64,000 nucleotides of DNA, from positions 52,467 through 116,466 of the IMG/VR virus record IMGVR_UViG_3300009130_000005. One strand, 5' to 3'. This stretch comes from a virus. Shown piece after piece: positions 1 through 10,622 of the stretch (within the stretch, counting starts at the first letter, position 1; each line of letters opens with the position of its first letter). The notes under the pieces are model-generated. The model saw nothing but the letters and a program-made list of their open reading frames with translations, searched no databases and was not told the origin of the DNA. The translations under genes and the position numbers were made by a program.

Positions 1-14
1 AGGTAAAAGACAAG

Positions 15-476
15 ATGGAAGCCTACAAGGAGGCACAAAAAACCCTTCAAGAAGGTTTGAAAAAGAGACTCAAGGATTTAGGAGAAAAACCCTCAAGAGA
101 AGCAGTAAGAAAGGAAGTTGAGAAATTTAAAGCAGAAAACAAATCAGCAATAGATTCTCAAAAATCTTTAGGTAAGGATATTCAAGATTGGCATAAAGAC
201 AATAGACCCGAGAGGCCAAAAAGACCCGAACCAAGCGAAGATGTAAAAAATAAAATGAATGCCCTCAAAGAGCAACAAGAAGCTTTTAAGGGTGTTAGAG
301 ACGCTTTCAGGCAAGCAATGGAGCGATCAAAAGATATGAGCAAAGAAGATAGAGATGAATTAATTAAACAATTTAAAGAAGCGAGCGCTGAAAATCATAA
401 AGCAATCAAAGAAGCTCACAAAGCTTTACAAAAAGAAATAAGAGAAATAAAACAAGAAGGTGATCGTAGACAATAA
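15..476 (+). CDS. Charged helical/coiled-coil hypothetical protein, probably 5'-truncated by the window edge
   Basis: Frame is open from position 3; K/E/R-rich helical sequence with RPERP repeats. Confidence 0.6.
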   Translation: MEAYKEAQKTLQEGLKKRLKDLGEKPSREAVRKEVEKFKAENKSAIDSQKSLGKDIQDWHKDNRPERPKRPEPSEDVKNKMNALKEQQEAFKGVRDAFRQAMERSKDMSKEDRDELIKQFKEASAENHKAIKEAHKALQKEIREIKQEGDRRQ

Positions 477-493
477 TTAAAACAAGGATAGAT

Positions 494-1135
494 ATGAAAA
501 AGTTGTGGATAGTAATACTGGCTGTGTTGTGTACAAATTTGTACGCACAAAAAAATAATAACAAACCCAAGGACGAAGAACCTGATCAATTACCTACGCA
601 AACTGAAGAACCTACTAAAGAAGAACCTTCGGTTGATGATAACACAAAACCATCATTACCACCAATTGATTTTGTAGATGAGGTTGAAAACAGTGGAGGT
701 CCTGAAGTTATTGAAGAACTTGAGAAGGTTAAAAAAGAGAAAGATGATTTGGCAAAGATCATTGTTGATAAAGAGGAAAACGAAGGCAAGTTACTTAAGA
801 GAATAGAAGAACTTCGTGTTTCAAAGGAATCACTTGAAAAAAACCTTGAAGCTGCAAGTGATTTGATTGACGAACTCAACAAAGAAAAAAAGCAATTGAA
901 ATCAAACATCTCGGATTTACAAACAGAACTTGATAAACCTGTTGGTTCTTTATTTGATGGTTGGGTTTACTTACCCAAGTCTGGTTGGATTTATACTTCA
1001 CCTAAAATTTATCCGTATGCGTTTTCTCAAAATGACGGATGGTTAAAATACGAACTTGGTACAGACCCAAGACGAGTATTTTATTTTAAGGAAGATGCTT
1101 GGAAAGTTTTGAATAAAAAGAAAAACAAATTATAG
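494..1135 (+). CDS. Secreted protein: signal peptide, coiled coil, aromatic Trp/Tyr-rich C-terminal domain
   Basis: MKKLWIVILAVLCTNLYA signal; C-terminus GWVY..GWIY..YPY..GWL.Y..W. Confidence 0.7.
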   Translation: MKKLWIVILAVLCTNLYAQKNNNKPKDEEPDQLPTQTEEPTKEEPSVDDNTKPSLPPIDFVDEVENSGGPEVIEELEKVKKEKDDLAKIIVDKEENEGKLLKRIEELRVSKESLEKNLEAASDLIDELNKEKKQLKSNISDLQTELDKPVGSLFDGWVYLPKSGWIYTSPKIYPYAFSQNDGWLKYELGTDPRRVFYFKEDAWKVLNKKKNKL

Positions 1136-1174
1136 AGACAAGACAAGACGGGGATAGAAGAAAATAATTAGCAA

Positions 1175-1786
1175 ATGATAGATCATCAGTATAAATGCAT
1201 TTTTATTCATATTAACAAATGCGGAGGAACAACCTTAGATAGATTATTTAAGGCAAACGCTCGTGGACACAAATCCATTCTATCATACCAAAAGGCTTAC
1301 CCAAAAAAATTTGACTCTTATTTTAAATTTTCTTTTACGAGAAATCCATGGGACAAAATGGTGTCGTTTTACCATTACCATGTCAGAAGAGGGTGGCCTT
1401 TTAACTGGGATTGGAATAAGAATAACGCCCCTAACTTTGAAGATTTCATTAAAATAATTCACACTTATTCAGAAGAAAAAGAAAAAAAGATATGGCCGAA
1501 GAAACAGATTCGAAAGCATAAGACAACAACTATGCGCATGAGTAATCATTTAGATTGGCTGTGTAGTGATAGTGGAGAGATATTAGTTGACTTTATAGGC
1601 AAATTAGAGAATTTTCAATCAGATTTCGATCAAGTCTGCGACAAAATAGGAATGCCAAGGCGAAATCTACCGCACAAAAACAAAAGCAAACACAAGCATT
1701 ATAGAACTTACTACAACGATGAAACGATTCAAATCGTTGCAGAACGATTCTCAAAAGATATTGATTATTTTGGATATCAATTTTAA
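1175..1786 (+). CDS. Sulfotransferase family 2 (PAPS-dependent)
   Basis: HINKCGGT 5'-PSB, RNPWDKMVS 3'-PB, DFIGKLEN and Y..D...FGY motifs. Confidence 0.9.
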   Translation: MIDHQYKCIFIHINKCGGTTLDRLFKANARGHKSILSYQKAYPKKFDSYFKFSFTRNPWDKMVSFYHYHVRRGWPFNWDWNKNNAPNFEDFIKIIHTYSEEKEKKIWPKKQIRKHKTTTMRMSNHLDWLCSDSGEILVDFIGKLENFQSDFDQVCDKIGMPRRNLPHKNKSKHKHYRTYYNDETIQIVAERFSKDIDYFGYQF

Positions 1787-1808
1787 TTTTAAATTAAACC
1801 TATGAAAG

Positions 1809-1835
1809 AACCGCTGTGATTACGGCGGTTTTTTT
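1809..1835 (+). terminator. Rho-independent terminator
   Basis: AACCGCTGTGATTACGGCGGTT hairpin followed by a T-run. Confidence 0.8.
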
Positions 1836-1849
1836 GTGTAATACATTAT

Positions 1850-2101
1850 ATGTTAAGGTTTTTGCCTGTTTTATTGCTCCTTGGCTGCGTTTCTACGCGT
1901 GGCCCACAGCCTTCTGATACCGAATTTAAAGAAGAAGACAGAAACTGGAAACAAGTGTATGTAGAAGAAATGGAAATTGCCAACGAAAACAACGACACAG
2001 AGGCTTATTATTTTTTTCTACAAGAGATTGTCAAAGAAGAATATAAATTAAAATTCGGAAAAGATCTACCCCCCAATCCTGTTATAAAAATATTAAATTA
2101 A
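1850..2101 (+). CDS. Small lipoprotein
   Basis: LLLLGC lipobox; GTGTA motif starts 14 nt upstream of ATG. Confidence 0.65.
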   Translation: MLRFLPVLLLLGCVSTRGPQPSDTEFKEEDRNWKQVYVEEMEIANENNDTEAYYFFLQEIVKEEYKLKFGKDLPPNPVIKILN

Positions 2102-2105
2102 AGCG

Positions 2106-2531
2106 ATGAAAACTGGAATTACCTTCTCAACTTTCGACTTGCTTCATGCGGGCCATGTAATGATGCTGCAAGAAGCTAAAAGCGTATGCGATTATTTAAT
2201 TTGCGGCTTACATGTTGACCCGAAAATAGAAAGACCTCAAAAAAATTCTCCGACACAATCTCTCCCAGAAAGATATATGCAGCTTTCTTCAGTAAAATAT
2301 GTTGACGAGATTATACCCTATCAATACGAACAAGACCTTTGGGATATTTTAAAAGCATACCAAATAGATATTAGAATAGCTGGAGCAGACCATAAGGGTA
2401 CAGAATTTAGCGGTTTAGATATTTGCAGGAATTTAGGAATAGAAGTTTACTATAATCACAGAGACCACGATTTCTCAAGCACAGAACTAAGAAAAAGAAT
2501 AGCTCAAGCAGAAAAAGAAAAAGATGTTTGA
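2106..2531 (+). CDS. Glycerol-3-phosphate cytidylyltransferase-like (TagD family) nucleotidyltransferase
   Basis: FDLLHAGH (HxGH), YVDEIIPY and SSTELR motifs. Confidence 0.9.
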   Translation: MKTGITFSTFDLLHAGHVMMLQEAKSVCDYLICGLHVDPKIERPQKNSPTQSLPERYMQLSSVKYVDEIIPYQYEQDLWDILKAYQIDIRIAGADHKGTEFSGLDICRNLGIEVYYNHRDHDFSSTELRKRIAQAEKEKDV

Positions 2532-2562
2532 CATTTAAAGGCTAAAATGATAAAATGCCTTT

Positions 2563-2964
2563 ATGTTAAACTTAAAGTACTTAATTGTGGTAATGATAGC
2601 TTTTTTATTGGGAACGCAATCAAATTTCAATAAACCTATTGCAAAACAAAAGCAAGAACCAAAGATTCTTGAATCAAACAAGCTCAAGGTTTTAGTTACT
2701 CATACGGAAGGTTCATACCTCATGGAAATCAATAGTGTTCCCAAACCGTTTGACGTTGATGGTAGTTACCCTTATGTATTATGGGTTAACGGGAAAAGGT
2801 TTAAATTGCCAATGAAAGACCTCAAGGAAATGATTGCGAAAATTGGAGAAGAAAATATACCACCTATAGATAATAATGATATACACAAAGGCTGGATGAG
2901 ATCCTTTTTTGCTGTAGATAACGCAGATTTTCTTGAATCTAAGGAAAAAATGGCAAGGCAGTGA
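2563..2964 (+). CDS. Hypothetical protein with N-terminal hydrophobic segment
   Basis: ORF; TTGACA(2528)-N17-TAAAAT promoter with ATG 6 nt later. Confidence 0.6.
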   Translation: MLNLKYLIVVMIAFLLGTQSNFNKPIAKQKQEPKILESNKLKVLVTHTEGSYLMEINSVPKPFDVDGSYPYVLWVNGKRFKLPMKDLKEMIAKIGEENIPPIDNNDIHKGWMRSFFAVDNADFLESKEKMARQ

Positions 2965-2970
2965 AAGATA

Positions 2971-3225
2971 ATGAACATTACAAAAAAATTAAAACATATT
3001 AATTTTGAATGGAGTGAGTCAGAAAAAACTTTTACAATTACAGAAGAAGATGGCAACAGAGTAATCTTAAATAAAGTTTACGCTTTTGCTTTTATGCGGT
3101 TTGTGGTTCGTATGGCTCAGAGAAACTGGCTCAGAACAGGAATGCAGAAAAATAACGATAGCGACACAAGTATAAAAGATGAACTTTTAGAAAATCCAAA
3201 GCAAATTGAGTTTAACTACGAATAA
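2971..3225 (+). CDS. Hypothetical protein
   Basis: ORF packed in operon. Confidence 0.55.
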   Translation: MNITKKLKHINFEWSESEKTFTITEEDGNRVILNKVYAFAFMRFVVRMAQRNWLRTGMQKNNDSDTSIKDELLENPKQIEFNYE

Positions 3226-3995
3226 TGTCTTACAAACTAACAAGGTACCATAATCGCTTGGGCAACAATATAAGGCAGGTAATTAATGCTTGCACGGCTG
3301 CACACAAAGACGGGGCTCATGGGGTAATAATACCTCGACACAGATGTTTTAAAAAAACATTCATACCAATACATAACAATAATTCCGAAAAAAGAAAAAG
3401 AAAAACATGGTTCCATACACCCAAACAAAGAAAATGCATGGACCACGAGATGACATCACCGAAGAAAATAGTCGACTTATACCTTCAAGACTTTCTCTGG
3501 ACTTCTCCAGAATATAACAATACAAAAGATTTAGTTTTGCACGTAAGAAGCGGTGATATTTTTCGAGGGAAAGGCGCGAGCAGGCATTACCTTCAACCGC
3601 CTTATTCTTTTTATGTTAAATGCATAGAGTCTTCGGAAAAAAATCACATACTTTTAGTTACGGAAAAAGATAGAAGAAATCCAATTATCAATCAGCTTGA
3701 GAAAGACTTTTCAAATAACATATCAATACAAACCTCTAGCCTAAAAGAGGATGTTAAAGCAATTCTGCAGGCAGAAGAGCTTGTGCTAGCAAAATCCAGC
3801 TTTTCTAGACAGTTAAGTTTATTCTGCCCCTTCTTAAAGAAGGTTCATTCTCCATTTTGGCCGTATTCAGTAGGCGGTATAGATTCAATTAACTATAAGT
3901 TTCCTAATTATAAAACAGAACCTTGGAAAAATTCCAAGGAACAGCGCGAAAAAATAATGAGTTACAAAAAAGAGAACATAAAGTTATTCACTTAG
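3225..3995 (+). CDS. Alpha-1,2-fucosyltransferase-like (GT11-like) glycosyltransferase
   Basis: RLGNNI, VLHVRSGD and SSFS motifs. Confidence 0.7.
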   Translation: MSYKLTRYHNRLGNNIRQVINACTAAHKDGAHGVIIPRHRCFKKTFIPIHNNNSEKRKRKTWFHTPKQRKCMDHEMTSPKKIVDLYLQDFLWTSPEYNNTKDLVLHVRSGDIFRGKGASRHYLQPPYSFYVKCIESSEKNHILLVTEKDRRNPIINQLEKDFSNNISIQTSSLKEDVKAILQAEELVLAKSSFSRQLSLFCPFLKKVHSPFWPYSVGGIDSINYKFPNYKTEPWKNSKEQREKIMSYKKENIKLFT

Positions 3996-4158
3996 CTAAA
4001 TATTTACCCATATTTTCTGAAAAAAAGTAAACTTGTTGCATTAATTCTTCTCGCTTCTTACCTTTTTCTTTCTTTGCCTTTTCGTATAAATTCAACACAA
4101 AGTCTGCATCTATCTTATATTTAATCTTAACTTCTTTTGTTTGTTTTTTGTCTTTCAT
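3988..4158 (-). CDS. Small basic hypothetical protein (56 aa, not in ORF track)
   Basis: MKDKKQTKEVKIKYKIDADF...; GTGTA motif 14 nt upstream on the - strand. Confidence 0.6.
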   Translation of the reverse strand: MKDKKQTKEVKIKYKIDADFVLNLYEKAKKEKGKKREELMQQVYFFSENMGKYLAK

Positions 4159-4243
4159 AAATAATATTACACCTTAAAATTTCTAATTTAAAGATTGTCC
4201 GTGTATAATTAATTACAAGACAAAAACCCTTAATTATAAGAAT

Positions 4244-4630
4244 ATGCCTATAAATACAAACCCAACTGGATTATTTCCTAAAGCTCAGCTCGGAAGTGAT
4301 TCACCGTATACTTACCTTGCTGACGGCGATAACATTACGTCCACGGGGGGAGGAGTTTACATTCCTTTAGTCGATCTCGATGACTATATTCCCTCAGCAG
4401 ATGTACTTGACGAGAATCATGGTGATGCAGACTACAGATATCTTTTATTAGCTCTAAATGAGGCTGTAATGGACCATCACGGAAGCTTGTCTGCATTAGA
4501 CAAACCTAAAAATGCCACTCTTACGGAAGGAAATTTGCAAACTTCGAAAGATGGTAAAACTACGAAAGTATTCACTCAAAAATTCTTCTATGATACTTCG
4601 GACTTAAGGCTGAAGCCAGGCGACGAATAA
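4244..4630 (+). CDS. Hypothetical protein, possibly late/virion
   Basis: ORF; GTGTATAA at 4201; terminator downstream. Confidence 0.6.
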   Translation: MPINTNPTGLFPKAQLGSDSPYTYLADGDNITSTGGGVYIPLVDLDDYIPSADVLDENHGDADYRYLLLALNEAVMDHHGSLSALDKPKNATLTEGNLQTSKDGKTTKVFTQKFFYDTSDLRLKPGDE

Positions 4631-4649
4631 GTAAACTTTTAATTTAACC

Positions 4650-4681
4650 AAAAAAAGCCCAAGATTTTCTTGGGCTTTTTT
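4650..4681. terminator. Rho-independent terminator (symmetric A/T tails)
   Basis: AAAAAAGCCCAAGA-TTT-TCTTGGGCTTTTTT. Confidence 0.85.
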
Positions 4682-4717
4682 ATTGACTTTTTTGCTAATC
4701 AATGCTATCATTTACCC

Positions 4718-4963
4718 ATGAAATTAAATGCAAAACAAAAAAAAGTCTTACTTAAGTGCGCAGAAGAACTTAACGAACTATCAACAGTTTTGCTACAGGA
4801 AGTTAATAAAAGAAAATGCAAATACAATGATATTGTCTCAGAAATGCGAGATGTAGAAGCAAGAATTATGGATTTAAGAGACATGCTTATGCCTGACAAA
4901 AATTACCCTAACTACAACACCAAGAGTTTAAAGCTTGGAGATGCAAAAAAATTTCCTTTTTAA
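4718..4963 (+). CDS. Hypothetical protein (leaderless start at 4718)
   Basis: TTGACT(4683)-N17-TATCAT then ATG at 4718. Confidence 0.6.
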   Translation: MKLNAKQKKVLLKCAEELNELSTVLLQEVNKRKCKYNDIVSEMRDVEARIMDLRDMLMPDKNYPNYNTKSLKLGDAKKFPF

Positions 4964-5185
4964 CTATAATGTATAAAACCTTTTTTCCCACCAAGGCTTT
5001 TTTGTAGACTGCTTGTCTAAATATTCCAATATTTGTGTTTTTAGGACTTGACCTTCTACTGAATTTTTGATATAGTTATCCAATGATTGATTCTTTAATT
5101 TGGCCATTCCGCTCCAGTCTTCAAACTGAGCCTCAGTTAGCCTTAAATATATTTCTTTAAATTTAATTTTATCATCAGGGTCCAT
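4964..5185 (-). CDS. Ribbon-helix-helix-like small DNA-binding protein
   Basis: IYLRLT..Q...W...AK...SLDNYI pattern. Confidence 0.5.
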   Translation of the reverse strand: MDPDDKIKFKEIYLRLTEAQFEDWSGMAKLKNQSLDNYIKNSVEGQVLKTQILEYLDKQSTKKPWWEKRFYTL

Positions 5186-5432
5186 ATCATAAATATATAC
5201 ACAATGAAAGACGAAAAAGACAGATTATATGAGTTCAGAGTATGCTACAATGAAGGAGCATATCACTCAGCGGTAAACAGTTATCACTATTATCAAGCCT
5301 ATAACGCTTATGATGCATTACATTTTCATTGCAAAATGATGGAAAGGCGAAATATTGACTGTCAAATAATTTCAGTTGAAAGAAAATGTCCTTGGAGAAA
5401 CAACTGGGTAGACGAAAGTGCAGTTATCCACA

Positions 5433-5984
5433 ATGAGCATTAAAATTATAGAGGGTAATCTTTTAGATTTCCCGCCATATTGCAAAATTGACCCTAATAA
5501 ATATTTAGGAATAAATAATATTGCTCATTCTTGTAATACTAGGAATATTATGGGAGGAGGAATTGCTTTGCAAATAAAGAACAGGTATCCCCAAGCGTAT
5601 GAAGCGGATACCGAGGCTTACAATAAAGAGTACGACAAAAATGGTCAGTACATTAATTGGTTAGGTAAATATTCAAAAGTCGAGATTGAAAGCAAATTTC
5701 TTCCGAACAACAAAGGAAGAATTTACAATCTATATACTCAAGCTAGTGTGGGAAGAGATAAAAGACAGGTCAGCTACGAAGTATTTTGGAGAGCATTAAA
5801 AAATATGCAAGAAGATTTGCTCTTTATTCAGCATGAAACAGGAGAACCTCAAGTATTAGGTTTACCTTACGGAATTTCCTGTGGACTTGCAGGAGGTAGT
5901 TGGAAAATAATAAAAGCAATTATTGAAGATATTTTTATTGATTGTTTAGTAAAATGTTACATAGTTAAATTTGAATATGCATAA
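5433..5984 (+). CDS. Macrodomain protein (Poa1p/TARG1/DarG-macro-like ADP-ribose hydrolase)
   Basis: IIEGNLLD, HSCN..MGGGIALQI, YNLYTQ and PYGISCGLAGGSW motifs. Confidence 0.88.
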   Translation: MSIKIIEGNLLDFPPYCKIDPNKYLGINNIAHSCNTRNIMGGGIALQIKNRYPQAYEADTEAYNKEYDKNGQYINWLGKYSKVEIESKFLPNNKGRIYNLYTQASVGRDKRQVSYEVFWRALKNMQEDLLFIQHETGEPQVLGLPYGISCGLAGGSWKIIKAIIEDIFIDCLVKCYIVKFEYA

Positions 5985-5985
5985 A

Positions 5986-6061
<76 letters not shown>

Positions 6062-6067
6062 TTTTAT

Positions 6068-6153
6068 GCGGATGTGGCGGAATCGGTAGACGCTACGGAC
6101 TTAAAATCCGTTGCCCATAGGGCGTGTGGGTTCAATTCCCACCATCCGTACCA
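6068..6153 (+). tRNA. tRNA-Leu(TAA)
   Basis: GCGGATG/CATCCGT acceptor stem, ACGGA-CTTAAAA-TCCGT arm, long variable arm, CCA. Confidence 0.95.
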
Positions 6154-6318
6154 TTTTTTCTCATTGAAATATACGCCTTTAGTTCGCTTCGTTCTTTCTC
6201 GCTCATTTCAGAGAAAGCCTTCTTAGCTTGCAAAAAGGCAATTTTAACCCTTCTTCCGACTGGCGCATCAAAATTTGGATCACTCATATATTTCAATGTA
6301 AGATAATCAATAATATCA

Positions 6319-6687
6319 TTATTCATAAAATAATCCAAAACCCAACTTTTCAAGTATATAATTTTTTTGTTTTTCTCCCATGTTCCTTACTAAATAATGA
6401 ACGTAATCCCTTATCCTCATTTCTCTTTTTTTAGGATCTCCATTCACAAAATACATAAACATCGAACGATTATATAGCTCATCGAAAAGATATTCTTTTA
6501 TTTTGAGATTTAATGACTTTTTGTATATTTCCATTTTTTCATTTTGTGTCATGGCTTCGTAAGTCTCAGAAGCCTCTGTGGTAGCTTTCATTTGATTAAC
6601 AATAACAAAGCGACCATCCATAGCATTTAATTTTCTTTGATATATATATTCAAGTATCAAAGATCTTTCTTTGTAAGTAATTTTCAT
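6319..6687 (-). CDS. Hypothetical protein
   Basis: ORF; start MKITYKE lies downstream of a GTGTA motif at 6711-6715 on the - strand. Confidence 0.6.
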   Translation of the reverse strand: MKITYKERSLILEYIYQRKLNAMDGRFVIVNQMKATTEASETYEAMTQNEKMEIYKKSLNLKIKEYLFDELYNRSMFMYFVNGDPKKREMRIRDYVHYLVRNMGEKQKNYILEKLGFGLFYE

Positions 6688-6791
6688 AAGCAATAGTTCT
6701 TTATAATTTATACACGCCAACAAACATAAACTGACTTAAAAATCAAAAAAAACTTGACTTTGAACAGGAATTATGAGACAATATAAAAATA

Positions 6792-9700
6792 ATGAACAAA
6801 ACAAGATACACAGAATTTATTATTCTCACAGAAATGTGGCAAGACGGAAAATATATAGAGGTTTCAGAAACTATTTTTGAAGAAGATTGGCCTCATGGAA
6901 AAGTTGCCAGATTTTGCGCATATATAGCTAAGCACCTCGGGTTAAACGAGCTTAATATTTTTTCAAGAATGATATAAATATGAATTCATACATTAAAGAG
7001 TTAGCAATAAAACTAGACGTACTTAACGAAGAAATTAAGGTAATTGAGTCACGAATCCAACCTCACGATTGCGGTCATCTCAAAACAGCGGTAAGCGTAA
7101 TGAAGGAGAGAGCAAAGGAAATTAGAGAAGAGCTTTATAATTTTAATGAGTAAATATGATTCAGTATGGGAAACTCATGATTTTGTAATAAAAAAGCTTA
7201 CGATCAATGAGGATAAATACAATAACCTTCTAGCAAACATGAATAGCTATGTCGTAATGTTTAAGAAGGGAGCAATAAAAAGAGAAGAAATCCTAAAAAT
7301 ACTAAAAGAAGGCAGGAAAGTATGTAGCGCATTAGATAGCCTATACAAGAAACATTTATTAAGTATTAGGGAAATCAGAGAATTAATTAAAGATGACGAT
7401 GTTCCTAGAGAGCGAGTACCCACGGCAGAAGTGGTAGATGAACTAGAATCGAGCACTAGAGAGCTTATGACAACTATGGCTCAATCTAGAGAGCTTTTTG
7501 ACATTATAGAAGAGGAGATTAATTATGGATGATAACATTTGCCCAGTCACAGATAGAGAAGATGTAATAGATGATTGCTATATTACTATCGAGTTCGGCT
7601 ACGGAAGCGATAAAGACATGATGACTTATAATTTTAATACTGTACATGATATCGTGGGAAAAAAGGTTCTAGAGGCGATACAATCGCTTATGCCAAAAGG
7701 TAGGTCTGTTGAAGATTTCGGCAGAAATACGATGGAAGAACTATTTAATGAAAACTGGTGGGAAGAACTTTCTAAAGAAGAAAGAGAAGACTACAGAAAA
7801 AGATGGGGGTTAAAATAATATGAGAGAAGATAATACGACAACAAGAACTTATTTATTAATTGACTATGGAAGACCCCATGCCCATGAATATACAGGCAAG
7901 AAGGTTAAAATGACAGAGCAAGAAGCTCATGACAGAAATTATGCTTTTGCGATAAACAGGGCAAATAAAAGATATATTAAAGATGTTGGGTAATTTTAAC
8001 CCAAAAGCAATTCAAGAACTTGGCAACCTAAGAGCAGAGGTTGAAGTGAATGATCCTTTATTTAATTTTGCTAAAACGCATCTTAAAAAAACCTCTTTTA
8101 ATACCGAACAAGAACTAATTGAATTTTTAAAAAAATTACCAGACGATGAATGTGATAGGTTCATATCCATGCTCACCTCCGTACAGTGAGTACAGGAAAA
8201 AAGTGAAATCAAAGCTAGATAAAAAAGCTCCCAAACTCCCAACAGATACCTGTATGTATATAAATTTCGTCCAAGAGGTATTACAGGATTTGTATGATGA
8301 TACGGATTGCAAATTATTAGAAGGTAAAATAAAGTTAATGAATGAAACATTAGAGTATGTGAGAGGAGCCAACGAATCACTTAGGTCCAATGCTTCATTT
8401 TGGCGAAATAAGTATATAGACAAATATGAAAAAAAATCTTGACAAATATAATTTAAAGTGGTACTATTAAGGCATGTCAAACAAAAAAGGATATTCAACC
8501 ATAGAAGGATGTATTAGACAGTCTTGCGATTTACCATTAGATAAATGGAGAATAGAAACCCGAAAAGGTGGAGCTGAGATTTATGTTGAATGCGCAAATC
8601 GGTCTATTTTCATTGGAGAAGGTTATAGTCATCAAGAATATGGCGAAAGCATGGTTCTTGCAAGCGTTATTGAAAAAGCATTAAATGAATACGAAGAAGA
8701 GTACGAATGCCACGACAAAGGAACAAACTCTCACTTTGATGGACATTGAGCAAAGAAGTCTTAAGTATGTTGAATTTCATATGTTTGAAACATTCAAACC
8801 TGTTTTTTTAGAACAAATGCAAGCTCACGGATTATGGCATGATTCAGAAGGTTATCCTAGATACGAGAGCATTCTCGAAAATAACATAAGCTATCTTTTC
8901 CCACCTTTTGATCCAGATAGCGATGAGTATGATACATATCAATTTGGAGAAAACGAAGATTAATACATGAAAGAAGAAATAGCAGAAAACGTTTATTTTA
9001 ATAGAGGCTATGAAAAAGGATATTCAGAAGCACAGGAATATCTTTCAAAAAAGTTTGAAAAAATTTTAAGTAAAAACGCACATCAATCATACGAAAAAGG
9101 CTTTAGAGAGGGAGCAAATCAAAAAGACAATAAACCATGCGTTTGCGGTTTTTGGGGAGATAAATAAATGAAAATATCAATTACAACAAATAATAAAGTA
9201 TTTACTGTTGAAGATGAACTTGGTTTTGACTGCACAGGCATAAATGAAGCAGTAGAAATGTTCAAGGGTTTACTGGTGTGTGCAGGATTTCACCCCAGCA
9301 ATGTTGACGATGCTTTTAATACAGAATATCAATGGTTTACCGAAGAGGAAAGAAATGACAATATGCAAGGTCATCTAAGTCACTCAAATAAAATAGTTAA
9401 AGATTGGCATGAAGATTGTCTGAATGGAAAATGATTAATTGGATTAAAGTTGCAGATGAAATTCCCGAAGAAGGTGTAAGATTGCTTTACTTTTTTGAAG
9501 GCACAGGAGTATGGACAGGTTTTTACTATGGCAGAGACGAAGACTACCCCGATTCAAATGACCATATATTTGGTAGCAATGCAGGATTTTTGACAGGTGA
9601 TGTGACTCATTATTGTTACATTAATTACCCCGAAGGTGAAGATGCAGAGTGGAGAGTTGACGCAGATAGAGAATTTTTTGAAGAAACTAAATTTCAAATC

Positions 9701-10087
9701 AACAAAATGAAAGAACCCATTGGCTAATCATGTTTGCAATATCGACACATTTTTAAAATATGTCGATAAAACTGAAAAATATGTACATATATGAAAACAT
9801 TACATAATACTAAAAATTGCAATTACAGAAGATTCTTGCATAAAAAATTAAAGCACGGCAAAATAAGCGGTAAGTTTTATAAGTTTCTTTGCAGAAATTT
9901 TCCCTATCGAGTTACCGCAAGAGAGGTACAAATTTGTGTCACACAAGTTCTTAATGGTAAAATGACTGAAAATAAAGCTATTTCTACCCTGCAAGGAGCA
10001 AGTAATGAACTTAGACGGCAACAAGAGATGTACAAATCAAATGTAGAGTGCAGAAAGAAAACAGGATTGAAACAAATAAATAAATGA
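6792..10087 (+). other. Cluster of about 13 small hypothetical phage CDSs
   Basis: Tightly packed + strand ORFs (6792, 7146, 7525, 7983, 8146, 8474, 8685, 8967, 9168, 9416, 9791); sigma70 promoters near 6753 and at 8439. Confidence 0.7.
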
Positions 10088-10174
10088 AACTGCTAAAATG
10101 GGTGTGGGAATCAATTTGCGTAATATTAATTCTTTTTTATTGCATTTGCGCGAGTTTTATGCTAATATTTAATA

Positions 10175-10483
10175 ATGAATAAATACGAAGTAGAAATACA
10201 AGAAAACAAAGAAGGTGAACTATACTTTCAAATTCCAGAAGAGTTACTTGATAAGTTGGGGTGGAAAGAAGGCGACGAACTGAAGTTTATTGAAAAAGGA
10301 AATAGCGCATTTCAAATAAAGAAAATGCGCTATGAGTCAATTGAACTTGATTTCACAGAAGAAGAGTTATACAAATATATGCTTGCAGCTCACGAAAACA
10401 AAATGAGCTTCGATGAGTGGGTAGAGATGGCTATATCATCATTCCTAAAGGCTTATGACTCAGATGAGTCAAATAATAAGTAA
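10175..10483 (+). CDS. AbrB/MazE/SpoVT-family DNA-binding protein
   Basis: GELYFQIPEELLDKLGWKEGDELKF motif. Confidence 0.8.
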   Translation: MNKYEVEIQENKEGELYFQIPEELLDKLGWKEGDELKFIEKGNSAFQIKKMRYESIELDFTEEELYKYMLAAHENKMSFDEWVEMAISSFLKAYDSDESNNK

Positions 10484-10622
10484 GATTTTATATCACATAG
10501 GTGATTGTATTAGCCTATTACTTAAGTTAAATTTCTTTAGTTGGCTTTATCCAATTTACAATAAAATAATGTTATTAAGTTGTAGGCTTGACAAACACGG
10601 AAAAATATGGGAGAATAAATAA

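Noticed and set aside
6124-6306. + strand ORF over tRNA-Leu (likewise 27370-27615 on the - strand over tRNA-Arg)
   Set aside because: Artefacts of the tRNA sequence.
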